Assembly: GCF_006345805.1 (NCBI RefSeq)
Contig: NC_043001.1
Span: 123,814,001 to 123,878,000 of the forward strand
DNA length: 64,000 bases
Source of the DNA: Octopus sinensis
Taxonomy: Eukaryota
Reading direction: 5' to 3'
Made by a program: the position numbers and the translations under genes. Shown here in pieces: positions 54,672 to 64,000 of the stretch (position 1 is its first letter; the number at the start of each line of letters is the position of its first letter). Below the pieces are notes generated by a model. It searched no databases and had not been told where the DNA came from. It saw only the letters and a program-made list of their open reading frames with translations.

Positions 54672-54687
54672 CAGCAGTAGTAGTGGA
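54385..54687. repeat. Compound (TAG)/(TGG) trinucleotide array
   Basis: Read directly from the sequence. Confidence 0.95.
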
Positions 54688-55172
54688 GGGAGGAGGAAAA
54701 GGTTCAGTATAACTGGTTGAAATAGTGGTAGAAGTAGCAGTTGTTTGTGTTGTTGCTGTTCTGGCTGTTCTAGTAGGTTTTCTTTCTTTTATCACCCCGC
54801 CCACGCTCACTCTTGTTTGTACCTAATATTGTTTAAGAGATAGATTTTACTCTTTCATATTTTGTCAATGAAAGTTTCAAGTTTCATCTTGCCTTTAGAC
54901 AGTGCTACAGTTAGGTAGACAAATCGTCAAAGAGAATGGAAAATCCTCAAAGGAAAATTCTCCTTCAAATGTTTTTAACAAGCTTCTCTAATATTTACAA
55001 CGAAATATCGATAGTTAAGGTTTCTGAAATTGTAAAATAAAAGAAAGAATAATTTTATTACAACACTTAAATTTATATCTTATTGAGAGTGATTATTATA
55101 AAATAGGTCTATTTATTATACTTGTATCTTAACCATAAAAGTTTAAATAATATCAACTATATAATAATAATA

Positions 55173-55226
<54 letters not shown>

Positions 55227-55230
55227 TAAT

Positions 55231-55380
55231 AAAGGGTAAAGACCCCCTTCGGTCATGAGTGACCATGGGTTTGCACCTAGAGAGTTACCCTCTGAGGCAC
55301 AAGTCTGGGCAAGGTTGTTTTTTTTTATGGAAGACCAGTAGTCGCCCATGCATACCGGCCTCCCCTCTCCACGCCACCAG
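55231..55380 (-). mobile_element. SINE-like 3' fragment between (AAT)n tracts
   Basis: AAAGGGTAAAGACCCCCTTCGGTCATGA... resembles the reverse complement of a common octopus SINE tail. This is recalled, and there is no second copy in the window. Confidence 0.45.
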
Positions 55381-55383
55381 TGT

Positions 55384-55439
<56 letters not shown>

Positions 55440-55800
55440 GACTAAAACAATACCTGTTGTCATATGTGCCCTCGGAATGATAGCAAAAGGGGCTGATCGC
55501 TACCTAACTCAGATACCAGGAAACCCAAAAATGATAGTGCTCATGGGAACTGCTCATATCCTACGCAAAATACTTTCTATGTAATCTCAAGTTTTAAAAC
55601 AAATATAATTTTCGTTTTTTGGGGGTTTTTTTTACATTCACTAGTACAACACTAAATACAAAACCAAATATATGGCACACTAGGTATAACAACATCACGA
55701 ACTTCCAACCTGTTGTCTCTTGAGGTCTCTGAATGAGACTTGGGAGCCAACGTCTACAAATATAAAGCAAAAGTCAAACATAGAATAAAAATAACAATAA
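55440..55800 (+). mobile_element. R4/Dong-like element, short 3' fragment in (AAT)n
   Basis: KTKTIPVVICALGMIAKG...GTAHILRKILSM*, then a 3' UTR ending in AAT repeats. Confidence 0.75.
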
Positions 55801-56381
55801 TAATGAAGATGATGATAATGATGATGGCAGTGACTCTCATGGCTTTTGATCTTAACTGGTTGGAAGTGTTATCATATACATTATTTTGGCTTGGTATATA
55901 AGATGGTAAATATTCTGCTCAAAAACACAGATTTGCTTGTGAGTTGTTTGACCGTAACCAGTTGAGCATGTCCCTTAGTGGCTGACGACATGTGCGTCTC
56001 TGATCAAGAGAAGAAGCAGTGGGGGGAGCATAATATCCATGTGTTGAGAAGAATTCTTTCGGGTTCGGATAATTCGGATAATTCATGTACCTTTTGAACA
56101 GGATGGACTACTCAACGTGAAGAAGATTCTAACTGGGGCCCCTGCTATAAAGTCATACGCTGTTTATCTTGATATGAAGTCACCCTGTCGCGCACATATG
56201 GTTGTGACACATGTGACAGGTGTATCCTTATCAGACGGGTAGTCATTATGGGCATATTGGGTTTCGTGTATTTTACCAGTGTCACTTTGATGGCATGCAC
56301 TGCTCTCACATACAACAACAACAAAAACAACAACAACAACAACAATAATAATAGTAATAATAATAATGATAATAATAATAT

Positions 56382-56995
56382 TGGCTGCCCAATCCTGGCA
56401 AAAAAGGAATATATCCACAGACACGACAGAATTGGGACCTATATACACTGGAGGTTATGCCAGCAGAATGGAATTACAAAAGTAAAAAGATGGTATAGGC
56501 ACACGCCAGAAAAGGTCACAGAAAATGAGAGAGCAACTATACTCTGGGATACGCCAATACACACAGATAAATTAAGCTCAATAGGCCGGATATAGATGTC
56601 AGAGATCACCAAGCAAAAATGCTTTCTAATCGATGTATCAATACCAACAGATGACAATGTTTCTCTAAAAGAAACGGAAAAGCACTTTCAAAATACAAAG
56701 ATCTTGAAATAGAGGTATATCGAATGTGGAGCCTAAAAACAGAAACAATTTCTATCACAGTAGTCACATTAGGTATGATAAAATATTATTCAGAAAAATT
56801 TATTACAAAAGCACCAGGACTAACAAGTATATGTAACATACAGAATAGAACACTACTATTCACCGCACACATCCTACGTAAAACACTTGCAATACAGTAA
56901 AAATAAGAGCATTACAACAAATTACAACATATACCCAAGGACATAGACCCGCGTTCGGTTGTGCAATGAAAGCACGTGACAAAAATAAGACTACC

Positions 56996-56997
<2 letters not shown>
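56382..56997 (+). mobile_element. R4/Dong-like element, 5'-truncated (REL endonuclease), in (AAT)n
   Basis: GCPILAKKEYIHRHDRIGTYIHWRLC, TILWDTPIHTDK, NRPDI, FLIDVSIPTDDN, KYKDLEIEV (PD..D-type REL motifs), with frameshifts. Confidence 0.85.
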
Positions 56998-57055
<58 letters not shown>

Positions 57056-57056
<1 letters not shown>

Positions 57057-57389
57057 GTGTCTCTAAACGAAATGGAGAAACTCTCAAAATACAAAGACCT
57101 GGAAATAGAGGTAACCAGGATGTGGAATCTAAAAGCAGAAACAATTCCTATCATAGTATGTGCAATAGGCATGATAAAAAAATATTCAGACAAATACATA
57201 ACAAAAACCAGCAGAACTTACAAACACATAACATACAGAAAATTGCACTACTAGGCACTGCACACATCCTACGCAGAACACTTTCCATACAATAACCATC
57301 AGAGCATCACAACAAATCACAACACATACCCAAGGCACACAGAGCTGCGCTCGGTAGTGAAGTGAAAGCACGCTATAAAAATAAAACTA

Positions 57390-57392
<3 letters not shown>
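57056..57392 (+). mobile_element. R4/Dong-like element, 5'-truncated, in (AAT)n
   Basis: VSLNEMEKLSKYKDLEIEVTRMWNLKAETIPIIVCAIGMIKK. The 3' UTR is homologous to 56880-56997. Confidence 0.85.
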
Positions 57393-57445
<53 letters not shown>

Positions 57446-58727
57446 TGATGATGATGATGATGGTAGTGGTGGTGGTGGTGGTGATGATGATGATAATGAT
57501 GATGAAGATGATGATGATGATGATGATAATTATAATAATAATAATAACAACAACAATAATGATAATGGTTTCAAATTTGGCCACATGGGTAGCAGTTTGT
57601 GGGGGGAGGATGACTCGAATTCAGTGTTTCACTGGTACTTAATTCAAACACTGGGAGCGATTTAATCGACTCATCTCCTCCTCCAAAATTAATTATGGTG
57701 TGTTGCTAGTAATTCACACACGTTGGTGAAGTACACCGTGTAAATAGCCAGCAGGTCTAAGAACGAGAATCACACCTCGATCAAATTCTTCACCACGCTG
57801 TCACAATTGACTGTCATAGCCAGCCATCAAAGCTCTCCACACGCTTAAGGTCCATTCAGTCTAATGACATAAACACCCTCCCATTTACATTGAATTCTTT
57901 GTATTTTTTCAACCACTTCTCAACCACAAATATCCTTACTGTGTGTGAACTATTAGCAACACACCATATCACGATCATCTAACTTGGAGTGAAATGTAAA
58001 TCTTATATCATTTGAAGCATATTGCGTCACCTGACACCATTGTTGTGTTAAATAAAGCGTCTAGTTGCACTGCGTCTTCCGTGATAAAAGTTACGTGTTG
58101 AAGTGGTTGCAGAGCAACGTGTGATGAAGTGTTTTCCTCAACAATACAACGCACCACTCTGTCCAGTGATGATTTATATATATATATATATATATTGTGT
58201 TGTTAATTTATAATTAGAGAGAAAGTGATAATAAAGAAGTCATATTCAATAAATTATCTCGGAGCATAATGCTTTATTATTTCATTATACATTTCTTTGA
58301 TAGTTCTTAAGTTAGTTTGCTGTTCCTATGAAATCTTGCAATATCATAACAGACTGTTAAAACTCTCGAATGATTTTTCAAATTCATAATTTCTTTTCAT
58401 ATCCCCTTCTTTTACCTTTAGCTGAAATTGGACTACGGTCATGCTGGAGTATTCTATCTGAATGATTTTAGGACATCCTTTTGTCCACATGAATTATTTT
58501 GCTATCTGGAAAATAGCTTTGTTGTCGATATATTTTTTCAAATAACCTAAATTTCGATATCTCATGAGAAATACACATGCAACAAACACAGACACAGGGA
58601 CACACACACACTCACGCGCGCGCACACGCACACACACACACACGCACACACACACAGGCGCGCGGATGCACGCATCCATACACTCCTTTTACAGAATTCT
58701 CATATACTAAATGCCATTGAAAATATC

Positions 58728-58958
58728 TATTTCTTTACTGCCCACAAGGGGCTAAACACAGAGGGGACAAACAAGGAGAGACAAAGGGATTAAGTCGATT
58801 ATATCGACCCCAGTGCGTAACTGGTACTTATTTAATCGACCCCGAAAGGATGAAAGGTAAAGTCGACCTCGGCGGAATTTGAACTCAGAACATAGCGGCA
58901 GACGAAATACCGCTAAGCATTTCGCCCGACGTGCTAACGATTCTGCCAGCTCGCCGCC
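58728..58958 (-). mobile_element. Family A SINE, full length
   Basis: Same family as 5313-5543. Confidence 0.92.
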
Positions 58959-59097
58959 TTATGAGAATCTATATGGTTTAAAATACTTTTCCCAACGAAA
59001 CACACAGCAGCATGGGGTTCGAGAACCACGTTGTAGCAAATAGTTCATTTTAACCAGGCAGCTTTGTCTGCAACGTTTCTATCTATATGTATGAATA

Positions 59098-59327
59098 GGC
59101 GGCGTGCTGGCAGAAACGTTAGCGCGCCGGGCGAAATGCTTAGCGGTATTTCGTCTGCTGTTACGTTCTGAGTTCAAATTCCGCCGAGGTAGACTTTGCC
59201 TTTCATCCTTTCGGATCGATAAATAAAGTACCAGTTTCGTACTGGAGTCTGTGTAATCTACTTAATCCCTTTGTCTGTCCTTGTTTGTCCCCTCTATGTT
59301 TAGCCTCTTGTGGGTAGTAAAGAAATA
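59098..59327 (+). mobile_element. Family A SINE, full length
   Basis: GGCGGCGTGCTGGCAGAAACGTTAGC head through GTGGGTAGTAAAGAAATA tail. Confidence 0.92.
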
Positions 59328-59996
59328 TATATCTATGAATAGCTCAATGAATGGAGACAAGTAGAAAAGATTCCTGGAAAAAAGCAGCAGAAAGTACACA
59401 TTTATGGAGTCGCTTAGTATACAAATGAATCACATTCTTATTCACGATTTTAGAATAATTTATATAAATACGTTCGGCGTATTATTGGTGGGAACTACTT
59501 GTAGAAATTAGATTCTTCGTTGAGGTTTCATCGTTTATATAACTCCTTTATGTTATCGCTATGAGCTGTTGTCATCATCTTCCTGAGAATCGTAGACTTC
59601 AACTGAGTAAATGACAAATTACTATTAAAGTTATACTACAATTACTTCCTGCTAACTGGTGATAAATGTCCTATGTAGTCAGCAGTTGCGTTGGATAGAT
59701 TCTATGTTCATCTTGTCTACCGAGCTGCACGAAATTTAGACATCGATATAAAATGTATGCACATAAGTACAAGTGTATGAATAAATACCTGCCTGTCTGT
59801 ATATATGTATGTATGCATTAACGTGTGTAGCCATGACGCTATCCATGTTTGTATATATGAACGTATATTATGTACTTGCTTTATTTACTTATGGCTATAA
59901 ATTTATGTCTATATTTGTAAATGGTGTGCATGTACGTGTACATTTAAATGTGTGTCTGTGCGCACGCGTGTGCGTGCTTGTGTGTGTGTTTATGTG

Positions 59997-60027
<31 letters not shown>

Positions 60028-60161
60028 TGACCTGCTCACTTAGCCAGCGGGGTGGCGTCATTTGAAGGCTAAAACAATGCGAAGCGCATTGTGACCAGCG
60101 ATGTGTAACAACCTCTGATAGCCTGGTCGGTCACGGTGATCACGGTGATATATATATATGC

Positions 60162-60197
60162 ATATCTATCTATCTATCTATTATCTATCTATCTATC

Positions 60198-60259
<62 letters not shown>

Positions 60260-60281
60260 ATATATATAATATATATATCGA

Positions 60282-60314
<33 letters not shown>

Positions 60315-60353
60315 ATCTATATCTATCTTTCTACCTATATCTATCTATCTATC

Positions 60354-60385
<32 letters not shown>

Positions 60386-60440
60386 TAATATATATATATA
60401 TAATATATATATATAATATTATAATATATATTATATAAAT
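60162..60440. repeat. (TATC)n/(TA)n compound microsatellite
   Basis: Read directly from the sequence. Confidence 0.95.
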
Positions 60441-60714
60441 ACATCTATCTATATTTCAGTGTGTGTATACAATATGTCTGTAATGTAATATACGCACAGA
60501 AACATACACACAACCAAATAGACGCGCATACACACGCAGACATATATATGAACGTATATGTATATATGCATAGACACAAAGACACAAACATATATATACA
60601 TACATACATATATGTTTTCAGAGCTCAGTCTCTCCCAGTTTCTATCAGCTATTGTGTCTGTGTGTGTGCGGGGGTGTGCGGTGTGTTGTGCGGGGGTCTC
60701 CCATTATGCGTTTC

Positions 60715-60958
60715 TCCTCCATCACGCTTGACAATCGATGTTTGTGTGTTTACGTTCATGTAATTTAGCATTACTTGACAACCGATGCTGGTGTGTTTAC
60801 GTCCCCGTCACCTAGCGTTTCGGCAAAAGTGACCGATAGAATAAGTACTGGGCTTACAAAGAATAAGTCCCGGGGTCGATTTGCTCGACTAAAGGCGGTG
60901 CTCCAGCATGGCCGCAGTCAAATGATTGAAACAAGTAAAAGAGTAAAAAAGAAAAAGA
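60715..60958 (+). mobile_element. Family B SINE 3' half
   Basis: TTGACAACCGATGCTGGTGTGTTTACG...AAAGGCGGTGCTCCAGCATGGCCGCAGTCAAATGATTGAAACAAG. Confidence 0.85.
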
Positions 60959-61074
60959 GTATCACAGAAACTACATAGTCAAAGCAAATGAAACTAACCA
61001 GGCTTAATGTTGAGGAACATTGCTCCAAATTTGAATGAGAAATTCAAAGTTATGTGGATTCCATGAACGATTTC

Positions 61075-61515
61075 ATAAATGTTCAATATGTGCACCGCCT
61101 TAGGTACGGCACACGTCAAGTCGGTAGTCCAGCTCCTCCCAAACACGCTGCAGCTTGTCTTGGGTAACAGTCTCCAGTGCGATAGTGATTCTCTGCTCGG
61201 GTTCCTTTATGCTTGCAGGAAAAGTGGAGGAAATAGACCAGGCACTTGACATAGCCCCAGAGAAAAACATCGCAAGTGTCAGGTCAGGTTAACATGGTGG
61301 TCATTTTATCGCGGATTATCATTGAGATAAGCCCGCACGGTGAGCTTCCGGGGAGGTGGCGCCCCGTCCTGTTGAAAAATGAAGTCATGTTCATTTGCTA
61401 TGAGCTCATCCATTAGCTATTTCTAAAGCATTTGTAGATAAACATCGCCGGTCACATTTTCCCCAAAGAAAAACGGGCCATAAAGATGCTTCTTCGAGAT
61501 GGTGCAGAACGCATT
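61075..61515 (-). pseudogene. Tc1/mariner-superfamily transposase C-terminal fossil (DD37D/maT-like)
   Basis: Minus frames give AFCTISKKHLYGPFFFGENVTGDVYLQML, PPC*PDLT and VTQDKLQRVWEELDYRLDVCRT*GGAHIEHL*. Confidence 0.75.
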
Positions 61516-62117
61516 CAGTTCCTTTCTTTCGTTTTTCTCTCCCTATTCGTTACTTGTATAGAGCCCTGTAACTTTACCTCCCCCTCCCCCTCCCTTACTT
61601 ATGTCTTTAGCTTTAGTAAATAAGAGCGCCCCTTCCCCATCCATGAATTTTGCTTATAGTCTATATGGATACAAGTGATTTTGCATGCGAGCTAGATTGC
61701 GTATACATATGTGTACATGCATTAGTGTGTATATTTTCGTTTTGCATTTATATGTCTGTATTTGTATGTGATCTGCGCACATCTATCTGTGTATGTTGAT
61801 GTATATATGTATATTAACAGTTTAGTAAGAGTATGTACTGTTGTGAAATATTTTAATACATTTTAATATTTTAATTTTAATTTCTATGTATTAATTATAT
61901 TTTCTTTATTAATGACAATATGTATTTTAACCAAAGATTCGATGTAAGTTTTTTTCTTCGACTTTTATAATTTTATATTTTATATTGATCTCATTTTTGT
62001 TTAACGCTCGACTATGACCGTTATTTGAAAGGACCAATCAAACAAGTCCATTTTTAAAGGTGTAGCGTTTATACTAGTCTTGATAGAATTGTCATATCGG
62101 TTCTATTTTAACAAAAA

Positions 62118-62153
62118 TGTCCGACGAACGGGAACGTGAAACTCCGAGTAACA
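62118..62153 (+). ncRNA. Minimal type I hammerhead ribozyme motif, U4C variant
   Basis: TGT-CCGACGA-ACG(GGAA)CGT-GAAA-CTC(C)GAG-TA^-ACA. All three stems pair and the core has C in place of U4. Confidence 0.6.
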
Positions 62154-62256
62154 GGTTTTGTGGAATTTCTGCTGCTTTTAAATAAAGCATATTACTCTAC
62201 CCTTGGTATTTGAGTACTCCTTTTTCCATCTTGTTTCACATGTATGTGTTTACTCC

Positions 62257-62290
<34 letters not shown>

Positions 62291-62292
<2 letters not shown>

Positions 62293-62445
62293 GGGATTCT
62301 TTCAATTTCCTCTTACCAAATCCGCACACCGGGCTTTGGTCGGCCCGTGGCCATAGTAGAAGACACATATCCAAGGTGCCACACAGTGAGACTGAACGTA
62401 GAACCATACGGTTGGAAAGCAAACTTCTTACCACACACTCATTAA
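62291..62445 (-). mobile_element. Family B SINE 5' half, diverged
   Basis: Reverse complement of the 53629-53790 region (TAGTAGAAGACAC, CAAGGTGCCAC). Confidence 0.75.
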
Positions 62446-63183
62446 CAGGTATATGTGAATTTCTATGTATATAAATGCACAGACGTAGACACACATGCAC
62501 AAACACAGATACACACACAAACTCATGTGTGTGTATTTGTATGATATATGTATATTGCTTTTTTGTCGTTTTCCCAAATAATTAATATAAGTAGAGACTA
62601 CCACCTGTCACTTTGGATTCTACTTTTTTAAGATATATGTATATGTGTGTGGGGAAATATGTGTTTGTGTGATCCGTGTGGATGGGGTTTGAGTGCATAT
62701 ATATGTATGTATGTCTCTGTGTATGAATATGGTTGTGTGTGTATGTGATTCCGTGTGTTCTTGTGTGTATCTCTGTGTAACATTTTGCATACTTTTCTTC
62801 CTCGGAATTTAAGTGAATAGAAGAAAGAAAAGGAGAAAAAAGACGAGGAAATGGGGAAAGTAGATAGCAATAGGTAATAAATACAATATAACGATAAAAA
62901 ACAAAAAAATTGCAGGTGAAATTGGTTGCAATATTTGTTTCTTTAACATGGTTTTACTAATGGATAGATTTATCAAAATATCACAGTAAAACACACATAT
63001 ATATGTGAAATATGTGAGTGTATATACACATATATATACACAGACACATGCTGAAAATTCCAGCCAGGATCTAAACCATATGGCACATGGAATTAAGAAG
63101 CGGGCATTTTAAACTGGTCATGATGCATACGTGCTGTATTTTATGTATATTATATATATATATATATTATATATATATATATA

Positions 63184-63218
<35 letters not shown>

Positions 63219-63270
63219 TGTGTCTGTGTATGCGTGTGTGTATGTGTGTTTATGTTCCTCTCTACGTATA

Positions 63271-63327
63271 TTCCACTGATGAGGCAAAGCACGTCTAAAT
63301 GCAAAGTCAGAAATCCAGGATCTTGAA
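63271..63327 (+). ncRNA. Possible hammerhead ribozyme motif with a long stem II loop
   Basis: TTCCA-CTGATGA-GGC...GTC-A-GAAA-TCC(A)GGA-TC^-TTGAA. Stem I pairs 4 of 5 and there is an extra A before GAAA. Confidence 0.45.
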
Positions 63328-63584
63328 TTATCCAATAATGTTTTACTAGTTTTATTTTTGTCTTTTTGTCTTCTCTCCTTGTGCTATATTTAACACTTAA
63401 GGTGGTTTTAGAGTCAGATCGTGGCTGCTATTCTACGCATGGCTGTATCTCGTAGATACCCTAAGTTATAACTTTAATAATAATTATTACCTTTGAAGGT
63501 TCTTATTTCCATGCTGGCCACTTGATAAGATCGTTATTTAATTTAAATAACGATATTATCCTTATATATATATAAGGATTTTAT

Positions 63585-63627
<43 letters not shown>

Positions 63628-64000
63628 GCGTGTGTGTGTGTGTGGTTGTGTGTTTATTGTGTGTGTATGTGTGTTGGTGTATGTACTGGTCCGGTGGATG
63701 AAAAATAGGAATGGCTAGATGTCTAATCTATAATCATCTGTGACATTTATGTATATATTCGTATTTGTATTTTATGGAATAAGCCGGTTATGTCTAGCTA
63801 GCTGTGTGCCAAAACATAATGCTGTGGTTTTGGGCGAAGCTGATTTGGTGCAGGTCAAATTCCATAGGCAATATGTGGTCGACCAGTAATTAAGCATTTA
63901 TTTCTCTTCATCGAACAGGATTTAAATTTGTGTTTTCCGCAGTCATTGCAGGTATACGGTGAAGAATCTGTATTCTTGCCTTGAGTACAGAGGTTTTTCT

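Noticed and set aside
54319-54810. 163-aa poly-Thr ORF and overlapping poly-Val and Gly/Ser ORFs
   Set aside because: These are translations of a (TAG)/(TGG) array, open in several frames on both strands, with no non-repetitive domain.

Overview
AT-rich eukaryotic genomic DNA, almost certainly cephalopod. The tRNA-derived SINE families and the very dense (TA)n/(CA)n/(AAT)n/(TATC)n microsatellites are typical of Octopus genomes. I found no recognisable host gene. The window is a transposable-element graveyard. It holds four 5'-truncated CR1-group LINE copies, five R4/Dong-like (REL-endonuclease) fragments of which three sit in (AAT)n arrays, a decayed Tx1-like L1, an RTE 3' end, and a mariner (DD34D) fossil. 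It also holds a second Tc1/mariner fossil, a hAT fossil, two Tigger/pogo-like MITEs, a deleted Helitron RepHel fossil, a tandem pair of ~870-bp non-autonomous Helitrons, and more than 15 SINE copies. Almost all ORFs in the supplied track are microsatellite artefacts or TE remnants. The most interesting signal is not protein coding: at least eight minimal type I hammerhead ribozyme (HHR) motifs from about four repeat families. Two of them have a fully intact core (19380-19426 + and 18981-19027 -). They lie in a 459-nt unit arranged as a partial tandem plus an inverted copy, the architecture expected of Penelope-like terminal repeats or metazoan non-LTR retrozymes copied from tandem/circular RNA. 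Also notable is a covarying 3' stem-loop shared by the CR1-group LINEs and one SINE family. All family assignments come from manual motif recognition; no database search was run.
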